DNA from: Eledone cirrhosa
Taxonomy: Eukaryota
Length of the DNA stretch: 64,000 nt
Reading direction: 5' to 3'
NCBI GenBank assembly: GCA_964016885.1
Contig: OZ024741.1
Coordinates: 336,846,001-336,910,000 of the forward strand
Position numbers and translations under genes: made by a program. The notes under the pieces were generated by a model. It was not told where the DNA came from, ran no database searches, and worked only from the letters and a program-made list of their open reading frames with translations. Numbering within the stretch: position 1 is the first letter of the stretch; each line of letters begins with the position of its first letter. Shown here one piece after another: positions 26,526 to 40,593 of this stretch.

Positions 26526-26795
26526 TGTTTAACAACAAATATAAAATAATTGTTTACCAACCACATGTCTAAACATCTCAATTTTGAAACCGTAAACAAA
26601 TTTAAAATACAGTTGGCAGAACGTTAAAACTTTATTTTTTATTAATTTTATATATGCTCTGTGATATTGTAAAACTACTGTGACTGGAGATTTACTGAAC
26701 TGTCTTTTATCTATCTTGCTGTGGACTCTAAAATAACATTTGAGCTTTGAATTATTCTTTTCCTTTATATGATTGTGTTATAAACTCATCTAAAC

Positions 26796-26843
<48 letters not shown>

Positions 26844-26928
26844 ATACTTGGGGAGGGTCATATTTGTGTAATATTGCCAGAATTAATAACAGAACACACT
26901 CACTGTTTGGTTGGTTTTCGCTTCTGTG

Positions 26929-26987
<59 letters not shown>

Positions 26988-27051
26988 AAATATTTCTGTA
27001 GAAAAGATAAAGGAAAGAAGAGTGCTCCATGTATAATACAGAGCTATTTAA

Positions 27052-27250
27052 TTATGTAATAAACAACACAATATAATTATTCCATTACGCGAAATTAGAC
27101 GATTCTAACAGAAATGTCTGATTTCGTTCATCAGTTGAATATAAATAATCAGATAATAAAGGTATTTCATCTGATGAACGAAATCAGAATCGTCTAACTT
27201 CGCGAAGTCTTAGGTAATGGAATAATTATATTGTGTTGTTTATTACATAA
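27052..27250. repeat. Long imperfect inverted repeat with two degenerate hammerhead motifs
   Basis: Outer arm ttatgtaataaacaacacaatataattattccattac has a perfect inverted partner; CTGATGA core on both strands. Confidence 0.75.
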
Positions 27251-28199
27251 ACACGCACGCACACACACATACGCCCCCCCCCCCACACACACACACATAT
27301 TACACACACTAAATTAGAAACAATCAATATATGTATGTGTGTATCATATTAAACACAACACTTTTACAAATATTTGAGACAGCTACCCAGGAAATTATAT
27401 CTTATCAATACAAGGAGTGGTAATTCTATTAAATTAACTTTGGAATTGTAGAACTCGTGCATTGAAGATATAAACACTTTAAATGCTTTGGGGTTTTTAT
27501 TTTAATTTAAATCAGATTGATTTAGCATTCAAAGGGAAGGAAATCTTGTAAGCATACAAGAATGAGGCCTCCAGGAATGATTTCCCTTTGAATGTTATTT
27601 GAATTGGTTAAAGAATCACAACGACGTAGTATATCGGTGTGTGGTCTGTGTATATTTAAATGTATGTTTGTACTTGTGTTTATGTGCAAATGTGTTAGTA
27701 TATGTGTGTGTGCATATGCGTTTGTACGTGTGTGTTTGCATGTGGTTATGTGTGTGTACATATGCATTGTGTGTCTGTGTACATGTTTCTATAGACACTT
27801 GTATATTTGTATATGTATATGTGCACGTGTTATGTGTGTATATGTGCTTATATGTGTGTTTGCATATATATATGTGCTTGTATGTGCAAACACGTCATTA
27901 TAATTCTCATTCATTACATGACACTACACTCAGTATGTTTACTCCTACTTCAACTCACCTTAATTATCTCTCTATATCTCTTTACTCTCTCACCCCACAT
28001 CTCTAGATGATGTCAAATGTTACAAGTAACACCAGACCTACAAAAGGGAGACAAATCATTGCAGACCTGTCTCTCTTTTGGCTAGTCTAGCCCGTTGGTC
28101 TGACCTATCCATCCACCCACCCTTCCTTCCTATTTTATTTGAACTATTTATCTGTCTCTCTCTCACTCCCTACTCTCGGTTTCTCTCATATATATATAT

Positions 28200-28543
28200 C
28201 ATCATCATCATCATCATCATTTTTACGTCCACTTTTCCCTGCTTGCAAGGGTGGGACGGGAACTGATTCTGGCTTGATTTCTACAGCTGGATGCCCTTCC
28301 TAACACCAACCTCATTTACAGTGAGTGCTGGGTGCTTTTTTGCCATGGCACCTCCACGACCACTTTGCAGTGGAATGATATGGACCCTAGTCCCTATCAT
28401 CTCATTTCTACAGCTGAGTAAACTGGAGCAATGTGAAATAAAGTGTCTTGCTCAAGGAAACAACACATCACCCGATCTGAGAATTGAACTCACAACCTTT
28501 CGATTGCAAGGCCAATGCTCTAACCACTAAGCCATGTGCCTCC
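28200..28543 (-). mobile_element. Chimeric tRNA-SINE, full length
   Basis: Head ggaggcacatggcttagtggttagag, B box gagttcaattc, CORE-like segment, RTE tail and (GAT)n. Confidence 0.9.
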
Positions 28544-28606
28544 TATATATATATATATAACAAAGGAAGTGTGGTAATTACTTGATACTAGGTAGTAGAG
28601 TGGGTA

Positions 28607-28692
28607 ATAGAAAAAGAGTCAGGACCCCAATGGCTGTTCAGACCTAGCTGTCGAAACGGACAGAACTCAGCCATTGGGATCCTGACTCTTTT

Positions 28693-28697
<5 letters not shown>
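28607..28697. repeat. Inverted repeat with arms of about 30 bp
   Basis: aaaagagtcaggaccccaatggctg / cagccattgggatcctgactctttt. Confidence 0.8.
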
Positions 28698-28742
<45 letters not shown>

Positions 28743-29159
28743 GGAGTGTTGGCGCTAGGAAGGGCATCCAGCTGTAGAAACCAAGTCAAAATTGGTTCTG
28801 TATGAGCAAGACATGGTCACCTGACCTGGCATTGCTCACAATAGGTTAACTCATCTAACCCATGCCAGCATGGAAACATGGATGTTAAACGGTAATGATG
28901 ATGATGGGGATGATATATAGTCTATCCATCTAATGAAAGTTTATTTCTAATTTTTATCAACCATATCTCATGGACTTCTCCTCTACACCTCACTCCATCC
29001 TACCCACCCAAACAACAATTTTATAAATTACATTACTATACTAGACAGTACAACAGTTAATTTCAGGATGGTGGGTTGTTCAGTTAATGTAACCCCTTGG
29101 CGACTGACTCTTCATTGAAACTACATGAAGGTCCATTCCTTCTGATTTGATTATGAAAT

Positions 29160-29860
29160 GAAATAATGAAATTATTGTGTACAGTGCTCAGGTGCACTAC
29201 AACCCATCGAAGGTGCATGTATAGTACATACAATAATGTTAAAATGTCAGGAAAATGAAGAGTGTATGAGTCATGAAATACATGTGTGCCTGTGTATGAA
29301 GGAGGGGGGGGGGATATCAGGATGTAGTATTGGCGAATTTCAGGAAGCATGGAAGTTTTAAAGGATGCAGTGTCTCGACAGCTAACAACTGATGCAGGTA
29401 GTTTTTTCCATGCTTCAGCAACTCTGAGCATGAAAAAATGTTTCTGAAAGTCGTGGAGCTGTGCTGTTTTCTGACTTTGTAGGCATGCACACATGGAATT
29501 CAAAAAGGTGCTCAGGGTTGTTGTTGGCGAGATGGTTAATAATTTTGTGGCTGTTTACCAAGTCAGTTGCCAGATGTCGGAGTTTCAATGTATCCATGCC
29601 CAGGGAAGCAAGGCGTTCTGAGTATGGTAGATGCCTGATGGAGGGTATTTGCTTGGTTGCACATCTTTGAACAGTTTCCAGGAGGTCAATGTTCTGAGCA
29701 AGATAGGGGTTCCAGACTGGTGATGCAAATTCTAAGTGTGGCCGCACCATAGTTATATACAGCTATAGATAGCTGGAGAATGGCTGACAAAGGTCTTTCT
29801 GAGTGCTGCTAAGACACCCTCGGCCTTCTTGACAATTATATAAGCACAATTTCTTAAACT
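29160..29860 (-). mobile_element. 5'-truncated CR1-clade LINE
   Basis: MVRPHLEFASPVWNPY, LETVQR.ATK, YSERLASLG and FF..RV..AW.KLP motifs. Confidence 0.88.
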
Positions 29861-29924
29861 AATGGACCCCACCTCCCTTCTATTAATATCAGCATGCCTT
29901 AATTGGGGAATAGAAGCAGAAAAC

Positions 29925-30280
29925 AGTTTTTTTTTTATTTTCATATTATTCTATATTTTTTATTGTTTTCATTTTTATAACAATTTTTATTATTAGGTTA
30001 TTTGGTATTATTTTATTTTTATTAATTTATTATTTTACTTTTTATTATCAGTTGATTTTTAATTTTTAATTTTGTATTTTATTTTATTTTTTATTAATTT
30101 ATTATTTATTTTTGTTTTCTTTTCATTTTTTATATTACTTTGTATTTTATTTTATTTTCATTTTTATATTACCTTTTATTGTTAGTTTATATATTTTTTT
30201 TTAAAATTATATTAATTTGTAATTTATATTAATTTTTATTTAATTTTTTATTTAATTAAACTTTTATTTATTATTTCCAT
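29925..30280. repeat. T-rich low-complexity tract
   Basis: Direct reading. Confidence 0.85.
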
Positions 30281-30722
30281 AACAGAATCAATTCACCTAT
30301 TTTTTAAAACCATTAAAATTTAATCTCAGAATCTATTAATATTCAGAATATTATCAGCTTGTCACGGAATAATTTTCAAACTGCATCAATACATACAGAA
30401 AAATATATTTTTTTTCAAATTATGATTCCTATAATTATTGAAGGTTGCATAGAAGTTAATTTAGAAAAAAATATACATGTTTAATAAATTATTTCATCCT
30501 GTCTTCCAGGAGATAAATGTAAATAATTGTATATTGTTTGTTTTTATTGTTGAGTATATATATATGAAGAGTTTGGAATTAGCTATGAAAATGGCAAGAG
30601 CTTAGCCATTGGCTCCTGGCTCTTTCTAATATAATCACACTCTACTATCCCATGTATGGCGTACTCTGTTGAATAATGGTCTAAGTAGTTTAAAAGTGGT
30701 TTAATCCTGATATATAAATATA

Positions 30723-30805
<83 letters not shown>

Positions 30806-30806
30806 C

Positions 30807-30906
<100 letters not shown>

Positions 30907-30935
30907 ATTATGTAATAAACAACATAAGGCAATTA

Positions 30936-30995
30936 TTCCATTTACCAGTGGTTTCTTAAAAGCAAAAGGTTTTGCTTTCAATCCTCAGAACGAAA
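30936..30995 (-). ncRNA. Type I hammerhead ribozyme motif with intact core
   Basis: tttcgtt-CTGAGGA-ttgaaagcaaaa/ttttgcttttaa-GAAA-ccactgg-TA-aatggaa; GUA cleavage triplet. Confidence 0.78.
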
Positions 30996-31028
30996 AAATC
31001 CTGGTTTGTTTATTGAATTTGGATTACA

Positions 31029-31182
<154 letters not shown>

Positions 31183-31209
31183 CATACATACATATATACA
31201 TACATATAT

Positions 31210-31684
<475 letters not shown>

Positions 31685-31686
31685 CA

Positions 31687-31761
<75 letters not shown>

Positions 31762-31765
<4 letters not shown>

Positions 31766-32946
31766 TCATCATCATCATCGTTTAACGTCCGTGTTCCATG
31801 CTTGCATGGGTTTGGACGGAGGGTTTTCCCACTTGAGGCAAGAGTGGTTATCTTGCTCGCATAGGACTATCTGGCGGGTTTTCTACAGCTGGATGCCCTT
31901 CCTAACACCAACCACATTTACAGTGTGGGGCTGGGAGGTTTTTACCGTGTTGCCTACACGGCCACATTACAGCGTGAACTGTGTGTTTTTTTGACATGAC
32001 ACCAACACGATCTCATTTGTTTCCGCCTGGATGTTGTGGCACCAACATAACTTTACATTGAAAGGGGCGGTGTGGATGGGGTGGGGGTGGTGGGACGGGG
32101 GTGTATTTTGTTAGAGATGCCTACTGACTGTAGTAGGTTTTACTTTGTATTTGGGTAAGGCGGGTCTTCTCTATTACTGAGTACCGCCAAAGGTCTCGGT
32201 CCAGTGAGGTGTAAGTGTGTGAGTACCGCCAAAGGCCTCGGTCCAGTGATATTGTCTTGGAGAGGTGTAAGTGTGTGAGGTCGGAATTTATCAGCTCGTC
32301 CCAGGTTTTTCTGGGTCTGCCTATTCCGTGGCTACCGTCTATGTTTATTGCCCTGCACTTTGTTATACAGCTGTCGTCCTTCATGCGCATCGCGTGACCA
32401 TACCAACGTAGCCTTCTCTCGAGTAAACATCTGATCCCTCTTATTTCTAATTTTTTCCTTAGTTCGTTTATGCTTTGCCGTTCACGTATATTACTATTAC
32501 ACATCCAGCGGAGCATGCAAGCTTCGTTTCTCTCTAGTCTGCGTATATCCTCTGCACACAATGCCCAGGTCTCACTGCCGTGCAACATTGCTGTTCGTAT
32601 GCAGGCATCATACAACCTGCCTTTCATTTTTAGGGAGAACCCTTTAGCTAGCTTACCTGTGATCCCACTACATCTTTTATGCACCCAAACTTTGCATTTG
32701 GGACACAAAATGGAGTTTCTACCTACGCCTTTCCTACACACCGAGCACGACCATTTCCCAGAAGGGACCGCCGCCTTGTTTTCTTTCCTACAAACTAGTA
32801 CTTTGGTCTTCGCCGGGTTAATTTTAAGTCCTTTTGACTCTAGGCCGTGCTTCCATGTTTGGAATTTCTTCTCTAGCTCGGCCATTGATTCCGCTATGAG
32901 TGTCAGGTCGTCTGCGTATAGGAGTTCCCATGGGCAGCCTGTCTTG
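31762..32946 (-). mobile_element. 5'-truncated RTE-A LINE in (AT)n
   Basis: [11 protein letters not shown]-finger start, RLRWYGH, 3' UTR and (GAT)n; internal deletion near 32645. Confidence 0.92.
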
Positions 32947-33015
32947 ATATATATATATATATATATATATATGCATATATATATATATATATGCATATAT
33001 ATATATATATATGCA

Positions 33016-33046
<31 letters not shown>

Positions 33047-33051
33047 GCATA

Positions 33052-33167
<116 letters not shown>

Positions 33168-33182
33168 TATATATATATATAT

Positions 33183-33259
<77 letters not shown>

Positions 33260-33270
33260 TATATATATAA

Positions 33271-33674
<404 letters not shown>

Positions 33675-33698
33675 ACCATATATATATATATATATGCA

Positions 33699-33729
<31 letters not shown>

Positions 33730-33736
33730 GCATATA

Positions 33737-33767
<31 letters not shown>

Positions 33768-33769
33768 GC

Positions 33770-33802
<33 letters not shown>

Positions 33803-34024
33803 TATATGCATATATATATATAAGTATGTATGAACTTATATTTAAGTAACAGCCATACTAAGAGTGAGAAATAAAATTTTGTTTCATTTTTTCTGTTTAT
33901 ATATATATATATACATATATATATACATATATATATGCATATATATATATAAGTATGTATGTACTTATATTTAAGTAACAGCCATACTAAGAGTGAGAAA
34001 TAAAATTTTGTTTCATTTTTTCTG

Positions 34025-34072
<48 letters not shown>

Positions 34073-34094
34073 CATATATATATATATATATATA

Positions 34095-36218
34095 TTTCTT
34101 ACGTGACAACTTGCTGCAGGCTACTGATGAAACTTGTGGCTGGAGCAGAGCTCCAACCAGACAGAGAGTGACCTGGTGGTGGAACAGCACAGTAGATAAG
34201 GCTATTAGAGACAAAAGACTAGCATGGAAGGCTTGGAAAAAGGGTGGGAGTAGGGAAGAATATACAGCCACTAAGAGAGAAGCTAGACGTCAGGTGTACT
34301 TAGCACGCAGGGAGGCAGAGAGTAGAAGGTTTGCCAATGTTCTGCAATGGGAAGATCAGAGGCGTGCGTTGTTCCACATTGCAAGGCAGTGTGTCAATGC
34401 AAATCAGGATGTTGTTGGAGATAAATGTGTCCGGGATGATGCCGGTGTACTTAGTGTCACAAATGATCAGACAAAGGAGGCCTGGAAATGTCATTATGAG
34501 AGACTGATGAATGTGGAGAACAAATGGGAGAGAAAGAAATTACCCTTGGTAGATCCGACAGAGGGACCAGCTATTGAGATTGACGAATATAGGGTCCAAG
34601 AGGCGATTAGGGAAATGAAAAATGGTAAGGCTGCCGGACCATCGGGAATAGTTGCTGAGATGCTGAAGGCATCAGGGGAAGTAGGCACTAAACTGGTTGC
34701 ACACATCATCAATCAGGCTATATATGGTGGTGTCATACCCAAAGACTGGTGCAGCAGTATTCTCATAAATTGCTACAAAGGTAAAGGGGATGCTTTGGAG
34801 AGGAGCAATTATAGGGGTATAAAACTGATAGATCAGGTTATGAAAGTGGCAGAAAGGATTTTAGCACAACTAATTAGAGAAAAGGTCAAACTAGATGAGA
34901 TGCAGTTTGGTTTTGTGCCTGGGAAGAGTACAACAGATGCCCTCTTCTTGGTGAGACAATTGCAAGAGAGGTTCTTAGAGAAGAATAAGCCACTATACTT
35001 AGCCTTTGTTGACCTAGAGAAGGCCTTTGATAGGATACCCCAGTGCAAACTTTGTACAGAGGTACTCTCAGTAAAGTCAAGGTAGGAATGGAGTTTAGTG
35101 AGGAATTCCAGATACAAGTAGGAGTACATCAAGGTTCGGTCCTCAGCCCGCTCTTGTTCATTATAGTCCTCCAAGCCATAACAGAGGAGTTTAAGACTGG
35201 CTGTCCATGCATGGGAACTTCTCTATGCTGATGATCTGGTTCTTATTGCAGAATCAGTAGAGGAGCTAGAGAATAAATTCTGGCTATGGAAACAGCAGTT
35301 GGAAGCAAGAGGACTGAGAGTAAATCTAGCTAAGACAAAAGTGTTGATGAGTAGAAAAGAGGACAAAACTCTGATTCCGTCAGTGAAATGGCCATGTTCG
35401 ATATGCAGAAAAGGAACTGGCATAAATTCTATAAAATGCACACAATGCAGATCCTGGGTACACAAGAGATGTAGCGGGATAGCAGGCAAACTAACAGGTA
35501 GGGAGAAATAAGTATGCAGTAGATGTACAGGGATATTAGACAGTAGAAGTCGCATTGATAGACACATTTGTCAAATTCAGGAGGGCGCTATAGAAGTGGT
35601 GGATAGCTTCCGGTACCTAGGAGATCAGATTAGCATGGGAGGAGGGTGTTCCGAGGCCATAGTATCTAGAATAAGGACGGGTTGGGAGAAGTTTAGGGAG
35701 CTGCTTCCTCTGTTGACGAAGAAGGGTTTCTCCCTGCGTACGAAAGGCCGGTTGTATGATGCCTGTGTGAGGAGCGCGATGCTGCATGGTAGTGAGACAT
35801 GGGCAGCAACTGCAGAGGATATGCGACGGCTGGAGAGAAATGAGGCAAGCATGCTCCGTTGGATGTGCAGTGTAAATGTGCATGAACGACCCAGCATGGA
35901 TGTGTTGAGAGAGAAACTGTGTCTGAGAGGGATAGAATGTAGTGTACGGGAGAGGAGACTGAGGTGGTATGGACATGTGATGCGCATGGAGGATGACCGA
36001 TGGGTGAAGAAGTGCCAGGAAATGCCAGTTGAAGGAAGACGTGGTAGAGGTAGACCACGAAAAACATGGGCGGAGGTGGTGAGAACAGACCTCAGATCAT
36101 TGAAGCTCATGGTGGAGATGACGAAAGACCGTGACGAGTGGAGAGATGCTGTGCTGAATAAGACCCGTCCCACCCTTGCAAGCAGGGAAAAGCGGACGTA
36201 AAATGATGATGATGATGA
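34095..36218 (+). mobile_element. 5'-truncated RTE LINE (subfamily B, almost no 3' UTR), frameshifted
   Basis: TWWWN, NYRGIKL, DLEKAFD, YADD, PHD finger and RLRWYGHV. ORF ends ...SREKRT* directly before (GAT)n. Confidence 0.93.
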
Positions 36219-36388
36219 TATATATATATATATATAGTGTGTGTGTGCGTATCGCTAAAAGGCTGCAGCAATGCAAAAAGTACTTTAAATGTTAAAAATT
36301 ATAACAAAATATATTGGAATGTTACCTTGGAGTTAATTAATAATCCTTAATATTTGGGGATAAAATCCCTTCCTCAAAAGAAAAGTTG

Positions 36389-36449
<61 letters not shown>

Positions 36450-36663
36450 GATATATATATATATATACAGGATATATATAGATAAAAAGCCAAGGAAAAC
36501 AATGGTTAATCTATTGCAACAGAGCTTATTTAGTATAAACAAAATTTCATAAACAAGTGTATGAAATTTCAATCATGCTTATATAATATAATATATATAT
36601 ATATATATAGTGAAAGATTGAAGAGTAGCATGGTCGGCTGTACAACAAGGGGTATTATTTCAG

Positions 36664-36774
36664 GTATTAACAATTGTTTTATTGATCAGGTGAGTCTAGA
36701 GGCTGCTAATCGCTCAAAGTTGCGTCACTCGATCTCCAATACATTATTTACCTTTGCTCAAATCCTCAGAATAC
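36664..36774 (-). ncRNA. Degenerate hammerhead motif downstream of the Penelope-like ORF
   Basis: gtatt-CTGAGGA-long stem II-AAAA (for GAAA)-caattg-TT-aatac. Confidence 0.45.
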
Positions 36775-37088
36775 AAATAATTCATACATTGCATGGTATA
36801 TATAGAGAAATAGCATAGAATCAAAACAATAACAGCAATAATAAAATAAAATGATAAATAGGTAAAGAAGTTACAGATGTAAAAAGTAAAAAGTAAGAAA
36901 AAGGATACAATAAAAAAGTAAGAAAATAAAAAAATATAAAGAAATAAATATAAGTGAAAGCATATAAGTACAGAATACGATAATTAATAATAGTGGTGGT
37001 GGTGAGTAAGTGTCTGTATAAGGATGCTGGGGTGGATGTAGTGCTAACATGAAAAGCCATATTCGAAACATACATAGATACGTGTAAA

Positions 37089-38359
37089 TCTATATATATA
37101 AAACTGAGGTTGTCTGTCTGTCTATCGATTTTTGGCACACATCTCCTCTTAGAATCTCTCACGGAATTGCACCGAAATTGCTATACTTGTACATTGAGCC
37201 CTAGCGAAGACATCGGAAAAAAAATATTTCAAATTGACCCGCCCTATCTGACGAAATCGAATATAATGTATCGATTTTTGAGCGTAAGTGATCAGTTATT
37301 TCCCTTTGTTCTGTTTACATTCAGCGTAGCGTCTTACGTTCTCTTTACATTTTCTGCGTGCAAAAATTAAAAAAATGATTTCCCTTTGTTCTGTTTACAT
37401 TCAGCGTAGCGTCTTACGTTCTGTTTACATTTTCTGCGTGCAAAAATTAAAAAAATTACGCTGGCTTTCTCAGCGTTTAAAATGACATTAACACAATACA
37501 CGAACAGTTGTCGAGCCAGCAAAATTTTGACCTGCAAAATTCATCAGTTCGAACACTAAGCTTCCGTTTTGCTTCATTTCCATTTAAAAGCCTTTTAAAA
37601 CAATATTTTTACTTGAAAACAAGTCTATTTAAAGACTACGTAAAACAAGCAAATATTTCGTAAAAAAAGGCAAAAATTATATAAGTTTATTTAAAATATA
37701 TGTATCTGTAAATTTCGTTAGGCGTGCAGACAGACAGTCGTGCAGACAGACAGTCGTGCAGACAGACAGTCGTGCAGAGAGGTGATATACGCGTGCAGAC
37801 AGATAGTCGTGCAGAGAGGTGATATAGGCGTGCAGACAGACAGTCATGCAGAGAGGTGATATAGGCGTGCAGACAGACAGTCATGCAGAGAGGTGATATA
37901 GGCGATTATTTCCCTTTTATGGAATGAGCAGACGATTAACGAATGTGCAGACGATTAAGTAAATCTTTAGTAGAGTGAATTGGAATCTCCAGTTTGTTTA
38001 ATAGCTTCATTTGCACTGTACTGCCTTTGTATGCTACAACGCTTTAAAAGTTCGGCGAGTTCATTACTTCGTAAGTTATTGATATTTATTTTTTTATTAC
38101 GACGGTTAGAAAACTTTCCCTATTAAACGTTTAAATTAATTTTACTGTCTTATAAGGCTGAATTTACTTTAATTCGGGTTATCGTTATGTTTTCTTAACT
38201 TCATAAGGCATATTGTTGGTTGAGGGAATATTAATCAAAAACACCACATGCAAGTCTGCACAGTAGACACTACAGTTTTTAAGCCAAAAAAGAAACTTAA
38301 CATTGTAACTTTAACACAGCTACTGAGTGACCCCGAGCAACGCCGGGCTTTACTGCTAG
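37089..38359 (+). mobile_element. Non-autonomous Helitron
   Basis: A|TCTATATATATAAAA start; CCCG-agcaacgc-CGGG hairpin then CTAG|T end. Internal duplication at about 37300-37455 and minisatellite at 37722-37905. Confidence 0.85.
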
Positions 38360-38661
38360 TAACAGATAAAAGAAAAAGCAATAAATTAGAAATTAAGTGG
38401 GAGATACTAGTATGAGACTCAAGGGCAAATGATGGATGGCGAAGGGGCGGGGGGTGATATGTGTGTGTGGTAAATGTTTTGCTGATTGTCTTGTCTTAAT
38501 GGGGTTGATGTGGTTTCAGGGAGAGAGGGTGAAAGAGATGTTAAGAGATTTATGATCTAGTGACCAGTCAGTTAGTTGACAGCTAATAGCGGTGTGATGG
38601 TTGTATTCCTTACGTTAAAATCCAGGTGGTTCAGTTCTAATTTTGGGATTGCTGGGTCGAA

Positions 38662-39800
38662 TCACGGTGGTTTGAAATTTGTGAACTTGGTAGCTATTTT
38701 GTGCCTACAGAAAATTAATCTTTCTATTTTGCTGTTAAGCAGCATCTTATCGTACCTTAAAATATGGAATAGCTCCATATTGCAAAGTCTGCAGTGGGAC
38801 ATTCCATTGTTGTAGGCCCTTGCTCCTGATAATTTTGACCAGCTAATCCTATATTCTTGGTTTGTGTTTTTAAGCTGCCAGATTTTATTGGCGAGCGTTG
38901 TAAAGTTCTCCAGTCTACGGTTCTTCATGGAGTATCTGTGAACGTACCATCTTTTTTTTAACTCCCCAGCCGTGGAGCCTATGTAGTGCCATGTAAAGTT
39001 AACTGAATTTATAGTACACAGGTACACCATACTTGAATCCAGGCATCTATTTTGTAGTGGGCACTTATCCGGTAGGTGGCAGTTACAGTTGGAGGCCTTC
39101 CTGTGTGCAGGTTCTCCGTTGCGGTTTTGCATGTTGTTATGGGTGGGTTGAGATTTAGACATATTAATGTTTTGTTGTAATGCGCCCTGATGTGTGTGTG
39201 GTTGTGATGTTGTTATGTGTTTGCGTTTTGTATTTGGTGCTATGGTGTATGTTGGTAGGTTATTTTCTTTAGAGATTCTTTTGTGGTTGATTTTATGTAT
39301 GTGTGATTCTATGTTGGCTGTGGTAGAGTAAGATAGTTTGATAGTTTTTCTGTTAGAGATTCTATGGTATTTATGTAGTTTAGGGAACTGTTTGTCAATT
39401 AGCTTAAAGAATGTAGAAGGTAGTTTGGTTTTTATAGAGGAGTTGAATATTGGATTGAACCATAAGTATTTTCTACCTCTGCATTTTCTATAGTTCCTAG
39501 GGATACTTATATTAGTGTTTGGTTCAGTTATTTTTGGTGCTCGTTGTCTATTTCTATGTTTAGTCCAATGTTTGTTATTTCTATAGGTGTGGGTAGTGTA
39601 GCTGTCGTTAGGTTTGTTGCTGCTGTCTCTATCTGGTATGTATTCGAGCCCCACTTTATGTCCTACCTTATGTAAAGCTATGTTATAATAATTTTCGTGT
39701 TCGTTAAAAATCTCTAGGTTAGAAGATAGGCGGGATATTCTGAGGGATATACTATGTGCTATGGAGTTAATTATGGATTGAGGGTGGTTTGAGTTACTAC
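38662..39800 (-). mobile_element. Penelope-like element 3' part: RT thumb, linker, GIY-YIG endonuclease
   Basis: SNHPQSII..RISRLSSN (frame open upstream of the listed start), WFNP, CNC-x5-C-x5-C, MVY...HYIGST, KKRW..H and CRLCNME. Confidence 0.85.
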
Positions 39801-40162
39801 AGAGAGCCTCACACCAGAAAGAATTCTATAGACTTCTGACTGAGGAATGCTCTCAGAACTGACCAATGGGAAGTTTGACACCTTTTTTGTTATTTTGTTC
39901 CTTTAACACCTTGTCCCTTCTACCATTTTATCAATTTTTTAAGCTAACTCCAACAATAACAACACTTAGAATGAGTAATGATCTAATAACTGACCAATGA
40001 GAGGAGAAGAGGCCCTTTGACACTGAAATTCGTTTGTTTGAATTCATATGATTCCAGTTCCTCAGTGAAATAACAACCCAACCAGGAACTGGGTATATCA
40101 GAGTATTGACAATATTATACACCTCAACAACATATGTACTTGTCTATACCATACTAATTCAA

Positions 40163-40217
40163 ACTGCCTGAAGAAGTCACAGCCAAAGATGGCTGTCACT
40201 GAAATATATATAGCAGT
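40163..40217 (+). ncRNA. Type I hammerhead ribozyme motif (Penelope pLTR type)
   Basis: actgc-CTGAAGA-agtcacagcca/tggctgtcact-GAAA-tatata-TA-gcagt; palindromic minimal stem III. Confidence 0.8.
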
Positions 40218-40272
40218 AATAAACGAAGCTAAATTTTAAACATTTGACTTTTTATTTAACTTTATTTTATAT

Positions 40273-40323
<51 letters not shown>

Positions 40324-40512
40324 GGAAATTTAGTAAAGTCGAATCTCTGGCGGTTTGCAAGCAAATTCGGCCTACTTATATGAAATGATGAGTTAGCAAA
40401 GCACTTGATAAGGTAGGTCCTTAGAGTAATAACATAGCTTGACAAATCGAAAATTGTGGTAGGCAAAATCTAACACAATAATATACCAAAGTAACTATTT
40501 CTATATATATAT

Positions 40513-40593
<81 letters not shown>

